DNA from: Trueperaceae bacterium
Lineage (GTDB): Bacteria > Deinococcota > Deinococci > Deinococcales > Trueperaceae
Length of the DNA: 64,000 bases
Assembly (NCBI GenBank): GCA_965213925.1
Contig: OZ243927.1
Location: forward strand, 3,200,001 to 3,264,000
Direction: 5' to 3'
Under the pieces are notes generated by a model that searched no databases, was not told the origin of the DNA, and worked only from the letters and a program-made list of their open reading frames with translations. A program made the position numbers and the translations under genes. Position 1 is the first letter of the stretch. Each line of letters starts with the position of its first letter. Below are positions 1 through 9,904 of this stretch, in pieces.

Positions 1-914
1 TCGCCGCGCCGCATGATGATGTTACCGTCCGGTCCCGTCGGCGCGGCGATGCCCATCGCTCGGAAGTCGGTGTTGGGGTCCTCATTCTGGCGCGTCGCGT
101 TGAAGAGCCCGACCCAGGCGTCCCAGTAGGTCACCATGCCGACGCCGTCCGCGAGAAAGAGGTTGCGCATGTCCCCTGTGTCGTTGGTGACGAAGTTCGG
201 GTCCATGATGCCCTGCTCGTATAACTCGCTCAGCCATTCGTAAGCGGGAATCGCCGCTTCAGTCGCGTAGGGAATGGTGCGCTGGTCGTCCTCCATGACG
301 TAGCGTGCCTTGACGCCGTACGCACCGAAGAAGGGCTGGAGGTCGTAGAGCCCCGCCGAGGAGAGACCGTAGGTGTCGGCCTCGCCGTTACCGTCTGGGT
401 CTTGCTCGACGAAGGCTGTGAGAACCGTGTCATATTCCTCGACGGTGGTCGGTACCTCTAAGCCCAACGTCTCGAGCCAATCCGCCCGTACAGTCGGCAT
501 GGTGCCGCCCTCGAACTTGTTGAAGACAGCGTAGATTTCGCCGTCGTAGGTAATTTGCTCCCACTCCTCGTCGGGGATGACCGATGGGTCGGACAGTTGC
601 TCGCTCTGCTCGATAAAGTCGGTGAGGTTTAGAAGCGCGTCCTGCTCCACGAGAATGTCCATCAGCGGCGTGTTCATGTAGAGGAGGTCGAACTGCTCGC
701 CGCCCCTTAGCGCCGTCTGAATAAACTGGTTGTAGTCGCCGGAGGCTTGAATCATGTCCACGCTAACCACGCCCAAGTCTGCAGCTAGTTCCTCCTCGAA
801 GAGCTGCATCTCCTCGGGCGACTTGCCGCCTACGACGCCTGCGACGATGCGCAGGTCTTGCGCGAAACCGATGCTCAGAAAAGTGAACGCCAAAACGGTG
901 AAAAGAAATCGCAT
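1..914 (-). CDS. Carbohydrate-type ABC transporter substrate-binding protein (3' end outside window)
   Basis: Hand translation from ATG 914 (RBS GAGGAGG): signal peptide MRFLFTVLAFTFLSIGFAQ, then family-1 SBP motifs VRADWLETLGLEVPTTVEE and DPDGNGEADTYGL; frame open to window edge. Confidence 0.85.
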   Translation of the reverse strand, partial: MRFLFTVLAFTFLSIGFAQDLRIVAGVVGGKSPEEMQLFEEELAADLGVVSVDMIQASGDYNQFIQTALRGGEQFDLLYMNTPLMDILVEQDALLNLTDFIEQSEQLSDPSVIPDEEWEQITYDGEIYAVFNKFEGGTMPTVRADWLETLGLEVPTTVEEYDTVLTAFVEQDPDGNGEADTYGLSSAGLYDLQPFFGAYGVKARYVMEDDQRTIPYATEAAIPAYEWLSELYEQGIMDPNFVTNDTGDMRNLFLADGVGMVTYWDAWVGLFNATRQNEDPNTDFRAMGIAAPTGPDGNIIMRRG

Positions 915-949
915 GGTTGCCTCCTCATTTCTCCCTAGGATTTGGGGGC

Positions 950-981
950 AGCTTACAGAGTGAGTGTCACAGGAAGTTCAG
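950..981 (-). promoter_or_regulatory. Pho-box-like direct repeat plus -10
   Basis: Minus strand CTGAA-N6-GTGAC-N10-TAAGCT upstream of SBP gene. Confidence 0.5.
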
Positions 982-987
982 ATGGAT

Positions 988-1063
988 GCAGGTAGCGTCT
1001 GGTTTAAGCCCCCTTCGTCCTACAACGCACCATTGACCGCGCACGTCACAACGCTGATACGCG
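988..1063 (-). repeat. Degenerate reverse-orientation copy of dispersed structured element
   Basis: GCAGGTAGCGTCTGGTTT...CGCGCACGT aligns in register with reverse complement of copy at 14334-14409. Confidence 0.55.
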
Positions 1064-1075
1064 TTTAACGCAAGC

Positions 1076-2512
1076 TCACAGACTTCGCAGATAGATAGGA
1101 TTCGAGAGCGCCCGCCGGTAGGGGCGTGCAGCGACCTTTTCAGGGGTTAGGTTTGAGGGCAAGCGTCCTTGAGCATGGGCTACCTGGACGACCTCGAGCA
1201 CCCTTTTCCTACGTGCCTCACCCGCCCAGACCTCAGCGCGGACAAACGTTTCTTCAGTTGAGACCCGTACATTTGAGGTGAAGGATTGCTCTATAATTTC
1301 CGCTCTATGAATGACGCCAGAACGTCCGACGAGCACGAGCACGTCACCTTCTGCGCCGGTCACGCAGACCTCGAGCTCAATTTCCCCGCTCGCGGTGACG
1401 GTCTCGCCAGGTTCGCGTCCTGCTGCGCGAAGCTCGAGCCTCGGCCCTTCCGGTGACTCGGAGACGAACGCCCTACCGCGCTTGATGGCGTCCAAAACGG
1501 CATTCACGCTCAACTCCTCCATATAGAGCCAGGTCGTCGGGCTGCCGACCTGTAAGACCTCCGGGTCCGGGTCGGGGTAGCCGGGCTGGTGCCTATCGCT
1601 GCCGCCGACAAGCGTGACGCGCCGTCCGGCGCAGAGTAGGGCTTGATACCTATCTAGCGCCTCCCAGTTGCGGTTCGCCCAAGGGCCGTTCCAGGCCTCG
1701 AGCGCGTGTACATCGGGAACGCCGAACTGCCAGTTCGGGCCGCCCGCTTTCGGGTGGTTGACCGAGGTGACGCCTCCCAAGTTGTGGGCACATGCTACGA
1801 GCCTCGCTAAATCCCCCTCAGACTGGAAGCGGAAGTCCACCCAGTCCGACGCGCCCCACACGTTCATGTGTCCTAAGTCGGTCGTCACTTCCTGTCCGGG
1901 AATAAGGAGCAGGTCACTCCGCGCTTGCAGGTGTGACACGTGGCTCACCGTATTGTGGTCAGTCACCGCTAAGAAAGTGAGCCTACGCCGCCGCGCCGCC
2001 ATCACGAGGTCATCCGGCGAGCCCGCCGCGTCGCTGTGGAAGGTGTGCGCGTGCAGGTCGCCGGGGTGCCAGCCGGGAACGAAGTCGCCCATAGGCTGTG
2101 TGCTGAAAAGAGGAAGGGGGAGCGTGAGCGTGTCGGAGAGTTCGTCGAAGAGGAGCTCGAGCGCGTAGTCGCACCCCTCCGCCGCAACCTTATGAAGCCC
2201 CAGAAGGACGTGCCAGGTTCCTGTAATGAGAGGGCCAGGCAGATACCCAGGCGTCGCCGCCTCGGATGTAATCACGAAGCGGTCACGGAAGCCGCCGCTC
2301 CAGCCGCGAAAGCCGCGCGTATTAGGGTAGACCTCCGGTCTGAAGCGAGGGTCAGCGACGCCTAGGTCGAGGACGTTCTCTCCTGCGTGACTCGGGTAAT
2401 CGAGCCGAACTTCCAAGCGCTCAGCACATTCGGGCATCTCGAAGGGAATGTAGAGATAGCGCGACGCATCCCGCTGTGCTCGAGCGATACGTCCTCGAAG
2501 ACTACGCTGCAC
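1076..2512 (-). CDS. PHP-domain (CehA/McbA-like) metallohydrolase
   Basis: GDLHAHTFHSD, VTDHN, NHP, GGSDRH motifs. Confidence 0.85.
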   Translation of the reverse strand: MQRSLRGRIARAQRDASRYLYIPFEMPECAERLEVRLDYPSHAGENVLDLGVADPRFRPEVYPNTRGFRGWSGGFRDRFVITSEAATPGYLPGPLITGTWHVLLGLHKVAAEGCDYALELLFDELSDTLTLPLPLFSTQPMGDFVPGWHPGDLHAHTFHSDAAGSPDDLVMAARRRRLTFLAVTDHNTVSHVSHLQARSDLLLIPGQEVTTDLGHMNVWGASDWVDFRFQSEGDLARLVACAHNLGGVTSVNHPKAGGPNWQFGVPDVHALEAWNGPWANRNWEALDRYQALLCAGRRVTLVGGSDRHQPGYPDPDPEVLQVGSPTTWLYMEELSVNAVLDAIKRGRAFVSESPEGPRLELRAAGREPGETVTASGEIELEVCVTGAEGDVLVLVGRSGVIHRAEIIEQSFTSNVRVSTEETFVRAEVWAGEARRKRVLEVVQVAHAQGRLPSNLTPEKVAARPYRRALSNPIYLRSL

Positions 2513-2634
2513 CGTTAGCCGCGCTCGAGGCAGTACAGAGTCACTGCGACACCCATCACAGTGTACCTCTCTCGGTGCGCTGCTTCGGGCGGAAACGCTT
2601 CACGGTCAAGGCTAAGATGGCTCATCGTATAAGT

Positions 2635-2789
2635 TAGCAGTTCCACGACACACTGAGACAGAATGTCGCAGATATCATCCCTTAAAGTGCGTGCTAGTTA
2701 TGTAATTTTCACGCAGTGAAACATCCTTTTGCAAAGTGAGAGTGTTGCTTCGCAGAACTACGTACACTCTGACCAGATGATACCTGCTA
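2635..2789 (+). repeat. Dispersed structured element, long form (155 bp)
   Basis: TAGCAGTTCCA...GCAGATATCATC...GTGCGTGCTA...ACCAGATGATACCTGCTA with two internal insertions. Confidence 0.9.
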
Positions 2790-2854
2790 AGTGTAACGCT
2801 CGTTATAGACCTGAAAAGTCATCGCACGGTCAGCCCGAACGAGGCGCTTTGCTG

Positions 2855-2886
2855 CTGACCTCACCTTGACATCGCCCCGCTACCTT
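2855..2886 (+). promoter_or_regulatory. Pho-box-like direct repeat plus -10
   Basis: CTGAC-N6-TTGAC-N10-TACCTT, 5 nt before GTG start. Confidence 0.6.
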
Positions 2887-2891
2887 GAAGC

Positions 2892-3785
2892 GTGATCACG
2901 AGGCTGCGGCGTTCCAGAAGGGTCTACGACTGGCCCGCGTACCTCTACGTCTTGCCCGCGCTCTTTTTCCTAGCGGTTTTTCTGCTCTGGCCGACGGTGT
3001 ATTCGCTGATTTTAAGCGTGCAGCGCTGGGACTTCTTGAGTGAGAATCGGCCCTTCGTGGGGTTGGAGAACTACCGGGATTTGCTTGGCAGCAGCGAGTT
3101 TCGCAATTCGCTCCGCGTGACCCTACTCTTCGTCGCTGTATCGGTGCCGGTGCGCCTGGTTCTGGCTTTAGGGCTGGCCCACCTCGTCCTGCGCGAGACA
3201 CGTCTCAACCGCTTTCTGCGCGGCGCGTACTTCTTACCCGTGGTGTCCTCCTCGGTCGCCATCGCGCTCGTGTGGCGCTACCTCTTCAATACGGACGCAG
3301 GGCTCGTCAACGCGCTCCTGACCGGGCTCGGCACGTCGCGCGTGCCCTGGCTCATCGACCCGAACACGGCGCTCTGGGCGGTCGTCATCGTGAGCGTGTG
3401 GCAGAGTCTCGGCTACGACATCGTCCTCTTCATCGCAGGGCTCCAGGCGATTCCCAAGGAGTACGTCGATGCGGCTCGCATCGACGGGGCAAGCGGCTGG
3501 CAAGTCTTCCGCTCGGTGACCTGGCCGCTCCTGACGCCTACCACCTTTTTCATCCTGGTCGTCTCGGTCATCGGCTCGTTTCAGGTCTTCGCGGTCGTGA
3601 ACGTGATGACGGGCGGCGGCCCGGCGCTAGGTACCGATGTACTTGTCAACCTGCTCTACCGCCGTGCCTTCGTCTATTTCGATATCGGACGGGCGTCAGC
3701 CTTGGCCGTCGTACTGCTCGTGATTCTGCTCATTCTCACCTACGTTCAGTTCCGTGTGGCCGGGCGGCGGGTGCACTATGGCTGA
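2892..3785 (+). CDS. Carbohydrate/glycerol-3-phosphate ABC permease (UgpA-like)
   Basis: Multi-TM; EAA loop DAARIDGAS. Confidence 0.9.
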   Translation: MITRLRRSRRVYDWPAYLYVLPALFFLAVFLLWPTVYSLILSVQRWDFLSENRPFVGLENYRDLLGSSEFRNSLRVTLLFVAVSVPVRLVLALGLAHLVLRETRLNRFLRGAYFLPVVSSSVAIALVWRYLFNTDAGLVNALLTGLGTSRVPWLIDPNTALWAVVIVSVWQSLGYDIVLFIAGLQAIPKEYVDAARIDGASGWQVFRSVTWPLLTPTTFFILVVSVIGSFQVFAVVNVMTGGGPALGTDVLVNLLYRRAFVYFDIGRASALAVVLLVILLILTYVQFRVAGRRVHYG

Positions 3786-4680
3786 CGCACGTTTCAGGCG
3801 GAACCGCGAAGCCGCGAAAGGGTTGCCTCGGGCTGCCCGTACTAAGGTCTTCCTACCCTTCGGGCGCATTCTCGCGGTAATAACAGCCCTCTTTGCCGGA
3901 CTCGTTATGGTCACACCCTTCCTCATCACCCTCAGTACCTCGCTCATGACCCTAATCGAAGCCTTCCGCTTCCCGCCACAACTTCTGCCCAACGACCCGC
4001 AGTGGCGCAACTACCTCCTTGCCTGGACGGGCGCGCCCTTCGCGCGCTACTTCTTCAACACGCTCGTGATGGCTTCGGCAATCACCGCCGGGCAGCTTCT
4101 GACCTCCATCCTGGCGGCCTACGCCTTCGCGCGGCTGCGCTTCGTCGGTAAAAATCTTCTCTTCGGGCTCTTCCTCGCCACGCTGATGATTCCCGCCCAA
4201 GTGGTGCTCATCCCCAACTATCTGACGCTCTCCAATCTCGGCCTCATCAACACTTTCGGCGCGCTCATCCTGCCCTTTCTCGCGAGCGGCTTTAGCGTCT
4301 TTCTCATCCGGCAGCACTTCAAGAGCATTCCGCAGGAGTTAGAGGACGCCGCCCGCATCGACGGGGCGAGCCGCTTCACGACCCTATGGCGTATCTTCGT
4401 GCCGCTCGCCAAACCTGCGATTGCCACTGCCGGACTCTTCACTTTCCTAAGCGAGTGGAACGCCTACTTGTGGCCTCTCATCGTCACCGACTCCCAAGAT
4501 ATGCGCACCGTGCAGATCGGTTTAGCGAGCTTTCTCGCGGTGAGCCAGGAGGAGGGGCTGACAAACTGGCCGGTCGTTCTTGCCGCGAGTGTTCTGGTGC
4601 TCTTACCGACGCTAATCGCCTTCGCGCTGGCTGAGAAGCAGCTCGTTAAGGGAATTGCGCTTTCAGGGCTGAAGGGTTGA
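3778..4680 (+). CDS. Carbohydrate/glycerol-3-phosphate ABC permease (UgpE-like)
   Basis: Multi-TM; LEDAARIDGAS, WNAYLWPL; ATG 3778 overlaps upstream stop. Confidence 0.9.
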   Translation: MADARFRRNREAAKGLPRAARTKVFLPFGRILAVITALFAGLVMVTPFLITLSTSLMTLIEAFRFPPQLLPNDPQWRNYLLAWTGAPFARYFFNTLVMASAITAGQLLTSILAAYAFARLRFVGKNLLFGLFLATLMIPAQVVLIPNYLTLSNLGLINTFGALILPFLASGFSVFLIRQHFKSIPQELEDAARIDGASRFTTLWRIFVPLAKPAIATAGLFTFLSEWNAYLWPLIVTDSQDMRTVQIGLASFLAVSQEEGLTNWPVVLAASVLVLLPTLIAFALAEKQLVKGIALSGLKG

Positions 4681-4819
4681 TAAGGAGATATAAGGAGAAC
4701 TGCCGGTGCTCTTTCTCCTCATCTCCCTATCCCAAATCTTCAGCTCTCACGCCACCTAAGTCTTTCGCGCCCGCACTATCCGCACCGGCGCTGGACAAAT
4801 CCGCACGTTGGAGGAATTC

Positions 4820-6067
4820 ATGAAACACTTCGCCCTGCTCGCCGCGCTACTCCTAACCTTCGCCACCTTCGCCCAGGCTCAAACGACCCTCACCTTCTGG
4901 CACTCATTCGGGGACAACGACGCGATGCAAACCCTTATCGAGGAGTTCAACGCCTCGCACGACGACATCCAAATTGAGGGGGTGGACGCGGGCAACTACA
5001 ACGAGATGATCACGCGCTTACAAGCGGCTGTCGTGTCGGGCCGCGTGCCGGACGTGGTGCAGTTAGAGATCACCCGCTACGGCATCTTCGCAGACCGGAA
5101 CGTGCTGCTGCCTCTGGACGAGCTGATTAGCAGCACGGGCTTCGACACGGGCGACCTCATCCCCGGCATCTGGGAAGCGGCGCAGTACGGGGACACGCCC
5201 TATGTGATTCCTTTTAACAACTCCGTGCCGGTCATGTACTACAACAAGGACCTCTTCCGCGAAGCGGGCTTAGACCCCGAGAGCCCGCCCGCGACTTGGG
5301 ATGAACTGGTATCGGCCGCGAATACCCTCACCGTGCAAGAGAACGGCGAGACGGTCCAGTACGGTCTAAGCGCCCCGCCCCAGTGGGTGCGCCACGCCTT
5401 TGTGCGGCAAAACGGCGGCGACTGGATGGACGAGGCCGTGACCGAGCTGACTCTGACCGCGCCCGAAGCGGTAGAAACTTACAGCTTTTTGCATGACCTC
5501 ATCTACAAAGAAGAGGTCGCCTACGCCGAAGCGGGCATTGACGCCAACGAAGACCTCTCCGACCAGGACTTCTTCTCGGGCCGCACCGCCATGATCTTCA
5601 CCTCGACGGGCAACCTAGGCAGTTTCCAAGAGGATACGGACTTCGAGCTGGGCGTCGCACCCTTACCCTGCAACGAGGTCTGCGCGGCCCCCATCGGCGG
5701 GGCGACTTTAGGCATCGTCGCGAGCATCCCCGAGGAGCAGCAGCAAGCCGCGTGGACCTTCATCAGTTGGATGACCAACACCGAGAACAACGCCTACTGG
5801 CACACCGAGACGGGCTATATGCCGATTCGCGCGAGCACCTTGGAGAACCAGACCTCGCAGGAATTCTACGCGCAGAACCCCAACTTCAAGATTGCCATCG
5901 ACCAGTTCCAGGCCTCGAGCTTCCCCCGCCCGCGCCCGCCCGCGATGCCGGCGATTCGTGAACTGGAGTTGACGACGTGGGAGGAGATTGCTACGAATAC
6001 CAAGAGCGTGGAGCAAGCCTTACAAGACCTCAAGACGGAGGCGGATGCGCTGCTGGCAGGAAACTAG
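4820..6067 (+). CDS. ABC substrate-binding protein (UgpB-like)
   Basis: RBS GGAGG, signal peptide, FWHS, MYYNKDLF, TGYMP. Confidence 0.88.
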   Translation: MKHFALLAALLLTFATFAQAQTTLTFWHSFGDNDAMQTLIEEFNASHDDIQIEGVDAGNYNEMITRLQAAVVSGRVPDVVQLEITRYGIFADRNVLLPLDELISSTGFDTGDLIPGIWEAAQYGDTPYVIPFNNSVPVMYYNKDLFREAGLDPESPPATWDELVSAANTLTVQENGETVQYGLSAPPQWVRHAFVRQNGGDWMDEAVTELTLTAPEAVETYSFLHDLIYKEEVAYAEAGIDANEDLSDQDFFSGRTAMIFTSTGNLGSFQEDTDFELGVAPLPCNEVCAAPIGGATLGIVASIPEEQQQAAWTFISWMTNTENNAYWHTETGYMPIRASTLENQTSQEFYAQNPNFKIAIDQFQASSFPRPRPPAMPAIRELELTTWEEIATNTKSVEQALQDLKTEADALLAGN

Positions 6068-6114
6068 AAGTAGGGAGCAAGGAGTAAGAAGCAAGGAGGA
6101 TCTGGTGAGGGGCG

Positions 6115-6840
6115 ATGCGCTCCTCACCTCACGCTATGGACCAGACAGCGTTCAAAATCATTGCCCACCGGGGTGCGTCGGCGGACGCGCCAGGCAACAG
6201 CGCCGAAGCGTTCGAGCTTGCGATTGCGCAAAAGGCCGACCTCATCGAGACGGACGTGCGGCTCACGGCGGACGGGGTGCTCGTGCTGGAACACGACCGA
6301 CAAGTTGAGGGCTTGGAAGTTCAGTACAGCACCCTGGCAGCCCTACGCAAGGTCAAACCGCACCTCTTGACAGTGGCGGGAGCCCTGCGAGAGTTCGGCC
6401 ACCGCATCCCCTTCTGCTTCGAGTGTAAGGCGGCGAACCTCGAGCACGCCCTTCTCTACCTCGTCAAAGACTTGCTTCCCGAGGCGATATGGCAGCAGAC
6501 GGAATTTACTTCGTTCAACTTCATGAGTGCGGTGACGTGTCAGAAACTGCTTGGCACACTGGGCGACGCCAACCAGGTGGGCTGGCTGACGCGGCAGTGG
6601 GACGAAGAGGCTACCAAGTTCACTCGAGAGATAGGGCTCGCGCAGCTCTGTCCGCCTGCAGCGGCGGTCTTAGCACGCCCCGAGCTGGTCCAAACAGCGA
6701 AGGACGCTGGGCTTAACGTGCGCGTGTGGCTCGTGACGGAGCCGGAGATGGTGCCTGACTTGGCGGACGCGGGCGTGTACGGCGGGACGGTCAATTTTCC
6801 TGCGGAGGTCGTAAAACTGTTCAGCTCGAAGGTTGGCTGA
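6115..6840 (+). CDS. Glycerophosphodiester phosphodiesterase family protein
   Basis: IIAHRGAS, ETDVRLTADGVLVLEHD; start could be 6136. Confidence 0.9.
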   Translation: MRSSPHAMDQTAFKIIAHRGASADAPGNSAEAFELAIAQKADLIETDVRLTADGVLVLEHDRQVEGLEVQYSTLAALRKVKPHLLTVAGALREFGHRIPFCFECKAANLEHALLYLVKDLLPEAIWQQTEFTSFNFMSAVTCQKLLGTLGDANQVGWLTRQWDEEATKFTREIGLAQLCPPAAAVLARPELVQTAKDAGLNVRVWLVTEPEMVPDLADAGVYGGTVNFPAEVVKLFSSKVG

Positions 6841-6938
6841 GCTGGTTTCTGCGATAAACGCGCATTATATGCGCAAAGCTTAGACAGTACAAAGCGTATT
6901 CCAAAGAAATTTGCGGAGAAAAAACACCTTTAATACTA

Positions 6939-7049
6939 TAGCAGTTCCACTTATCATTGCTACATTTCTTCGCAGATATCATCACTTAAAGTGCGTGCTA
7001 AACGGTGTCCTTTTTAGTGAGAGTGTAGCTGACCAGATGATACCTGCTA
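6939..7049 (+). repeat. Dispersed structured element (111 bp)
   Basis: Same conserved blocks as 2635; right end abuts the IclR stop codon. Confidence 0.9.
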
Positions 7050-7844
7050 CTACAAGACGCGACCAGACGCTTCGGCTGCTGTTCGGACCGCCTGAGCGTA
7101 CTGCGCCTGAGCTTCTACACTCAGCCGGGCGGTGAACCCGGCAACGGCAAGCGCCCCTCTAAGCCGTTCTTTTGCGTCGAGGATAGGTGAAGCGACCGAG
7201 AACTCACCCTGCGCGTAGTCGTCTCGAGAAACACGCACTCGCTCCCTCTGTACCCGGGTAAGCTCCTCACGCAAAGCTTCCTCGTCTACAAGGGTCAAAT
7301 TGGTAAAAGCTTGACGCGGCGTGGCTAAGAGCTGCTCGAGTACCCCTCCAGGTGAGAAGGCTAGCATCGCCACGCCCATCCCGCCGACGTAGAGCGGAAT
7401 CTTCGAGCCGATTGGGTAGCTCACGCGAAGCGAACGGCGCGACTCGCGCGCGTCCACAATCATACGCTCCGCGCCGACGGGAATGGAGAGCAAGACGGTC
7501 TCGCCGCTCAGCTCAGCTAATGCGTCCAGGTGCGGCGCGGTGGCGGCGATGAGGTCAAACGGCCAGGCGGCCTGCTGACCCAGGAGGTGCAGCTTCGGCC
7601 CTAAGCGGTAGCGCTTGCCCGGCTCGCGGGTGACGTAGTCTGCGCCCTCCAAGGTCGCTAAAAGGCGAAAGGTCTGGTTCGTTGTAAAGCCGGTCTGCCG
7701 TGCGAGGTCGCTCAGGGTGGGCGCGTCTGCGGCGGCCAAGGTCTCGAGCAACTGCAGCGCGTTTTGGACACTCTGGACGGTCGGGAGGGCTTTCGGCGGT
7801 GAGACATCTCGGCGGGTACGCGTCGCATGATGTGAAGATGACAT
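7050..7844 (-). CDS. IclR-family transcriptional regulator
   Basis: N-terminal HTH (VQSVQNALQLLE, YRLGP), SGETV, C-terminal GAF-like domain. Confidence 0.9.
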   Translation of the reverse strand: MSSSHHATRTRRDVSPPKALPTVQSVQNALQLLETLAAADAPTLSDLARQTGFTTNQTFRLLATLEGADYVTREPGKRYRLGPKLHLLGQQAAWPFDLIAATAPHLDALAELSGETVLLSIPVGAERMIVDARESRRSLRVSYPIGSKIPLYVGGMGVAMLAFSPGGVLEQLLATPRQAFTNLTLVDEEALREELTRVQRERVRVSRDDYAQGEFSVASPILDAKERLRGALAVAGFTARLSVEAQAQYAQAVRTAAEASGRVL

Positions 7845-7858
7845 CGTTTTCCTATCAT
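7827..7858 (+). promoter_or_regulatory. Pho-box-like direct repeat plus -10
   Basis: ATGAT-N6-ATGAC-N10-TATCAT upstream of lipoprotein/ABC operon. Confidence 0.5.
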
Positions 7859-7929
7859 AACCCTGTCCGGTTAGCAGAAACGTTTTTCTGGTGAACAGAA
7901 AATATCAACCCGGGCCCTGGGAGGACAGA

Positions 7930-8832
7930 ATGACGAAAGGACATCTTTGGGTTTCTATCCTGGCGGCGCTCATGCTCTCGGCGTGCAGCAGCGTGACTGA
8001 GCCTGAGATTGAGACGACGCAGACCAGCACCAACCAAATCGCCGCACACCGGGGCGACTTAGAGGCGCGGCCCTCAGGCTGGATCAAAACCGAGTGGGAC
8101 AACAGCGTCCAGGCTATCAGCAGCGCCCGCAACAAGAGCGTCAGCCTCACCGAGGTGGACCTGCAGCTCAACCGCTCCGCGAGCGCGCTCGCGCAAAACC
8201 CCGACGGCATCCTCTATCTCCACCACGAGAGCACCTGCGACGTGATCGACCAAAACGGTCGGCCCACTGGCGAAAGGCACAACGTCGCGACCGCCTCCCT
8301 CGCGCAGGTAGACAGGTGTGCGGAGCGCCTCAGCAACGTTCTCAATACCTACGCGGGCAGCACATTTATCCTCGAGATGAAGTTCAACGCACGCTACGCC
8401 AGCCAGATACCTAAAGCGCTCTACAACTTGCTTAGGGCGCGAGGCGAGCGCACCGTACACGTGGTGTCGTCGCTCGAGCCCGACTTGCTCGAAGACCTCA
8501 AGGCGTTCGCGGATGCCGACCGCGTCAGCATGAGCCTGCTGCGCGTCTTCGGCTGGCGTCCCTTTCAGTGGAAGTGGGTCTCGCAGGGCAATATCCGCGA
8601 CGCGCAGAATAAGGGCTTCAACTGGGTTGCGTTCCACTACGAAAACGTCAGCGAGGCGAATATCGACTACGCCCAAAATCTGGGCCTCACCGTCGGCGGT
8701 TGGCACTGGGATGACCCGCCTACGGGCTCAGCCGTAACCTGCAGCCAGGCCGCGCCTTGGGCCGACCGCAACACCTTGGGCTTCATGATCATCGACTGCA
8801 TCGGTGACCTCAAAGCTCGAGGCTGGCGCTGA
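7930..8832 (+). CDS. Lipoprotein with divergent GDPD-like phosphodiesterase fold
   Basis: RBS GGAGG, lipobox LSAC, AHRG, EVDLQL, ILEMK. Confidence 0.7.
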   Translation: MTKGHLWVSILAALMLSACSSVTEPEIETTQTSTNQIAAHRGDLEARPSGWIKTEWDNSVQAISSARNKSVSLTEVDLQLNRSASALAQNPDGILYLHHESTCDVIDQNGRPTGERHNVATASLAQVDRCAERLSNVLNTYAGSTFILEMKFNARYASQIPKALYNLLRARGERTVHVVSSLEPDLLEDLKAFADADRVSMSLLRVFGWRPFQWKWVSQGNIRDAQNKGFNWVAFHYENVSEANIDYAQNLGLTVGGWHWDDPPTGSAVTCSQAAPWADRNTLGFMIIDCIGDLKARGWR

Positions 8833-8901
8833 CCGAAAACTGATGCAGGGATGAAACACAGCCGTTACGCTGCTCGCCCCCTTACTTCATGGAGGTTCAC
8901 G

Positions 8902-9903
8902 ATGCGCATATTCGTTCTTTTCACCTTAGCGCTGTTCACGCTCTCTACCGCCTTCGCCCAAGACGACCTTGTCGTCCCCTACAACGCCCCTGAGCAGTGG
9001 GCGAACTGGGGCGAGGTCTTAGAAACCTTCACTCAAGAGACCGGCATCGAAGCGCCGACTGACCCCAAAAACAGCGGGCAAACCCTAGCCGCCCTGCAAG
9101 CCGAAGCTGCTAATCCCCAAGCCGACACCGCTTACTATGGCATCGTTTTCGGCATCCAAGCCGCTGAGGAGGGTGTGGTGGCGGCGTATCAGCCCGAGGG
9201 TTTCGCGGACATCCCCGAGGCGCTTAAAGACCCCGAGGGTCGCTGGTTCACGGTGCATCAGGGCGCGATTGCGTTTCTGGTCAACACCGAAGAGTTGGAC
9301 GGCGCGCCCGTGCCGCAGTGCTGGGAAGACCTAACCGACCCGCAGTACGAAGGCTTAGTGGGCTTTCTCGACCCGACCCAAGCGGCGGTCGGCTACTCGG
9401 TGGTGACGGCGGCAAACTTGGCGCTGGGCGGTTCCTTAGAGGACTTCTCGCCTGCGGTCGAGTACTTCAGTCAACTCTTCGGTAACGGGCTCATCTTGCC
9501 CGCGCAGACCGCCACGGCGATGGTGCAGCAGGGCGAGATTCCTATTCTCATCGACGCGGACTTTAACGGTTACCAGCTCGCCAACGACGAGGGCACACCT
9601 ATAGAGGTCGTCATCCCCTGCGAGGGTTCTTTGGCGATTCCCTACGTGATGTCGCTTGTAGAGGACGCGCCGCGCGCGGAGAACGGCCAAGCCCTCTTGG
9701 ACTTCGCGCTCTCCGACGAAGGTCAGCAGCTCTTCGCGGCGAGCTATCTGCGCCCGGTCCGCAACGTCGAGGTGGACCCCAGCATCGCCGAGCAGATGCT
9801 GCCGAGCGCGGAGTACGAGCGCGTCGCCATGCCCGACTTCGCAGCCATGCAAGCCGCGCAAACGAGCTTCACCGAGCGCTGGCAGGGTGAAGTGACGCGC
9901 TGA
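8902..9903 (+). CDS. ABC substrate-binding protein (Fe3+/polyamine/phosphonate-like family)
   Basis: Signal peptide, KNSGQTLAAL, KDPEGRWFTVH. Confidence 0.85.
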   Translation: MRIFVLFTLALFTLSTAFAQDDLVVPYNAPEQWANWGEVLETFTQETGIEAPTDPKNSGQTLAALQAEAANPQADTAYYGIVFGIQAAEEGVVAAYQPEGFADIPEALKDPEGRWFTVHQGAIAFLVNTEELDGAPVPQCWEDLTDPQYEGLVGFLDPTQAAVGYSVVTAANLALGGSLEDFSPAVEYFSQLFGNGLILPAQTATAMVQQGEIPILIDADFNGYQLANDEGTPIEVVIPCEGSLAIPYVMSLVEDAPRAENGQALLDFALSDEGQQLFAASYLRPVRNVEVDPSIAEQMLPSAEYERVAMPDFAAMQAAQTSFTERWQGEVTR

Positions 9904-9904
9904 G

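Noticed and set aside
2892..6067. Missing ATPase in the Ugp-like operon
   Set aside because: CUT1 transporters commonly share an ATPase encoded elsewhere
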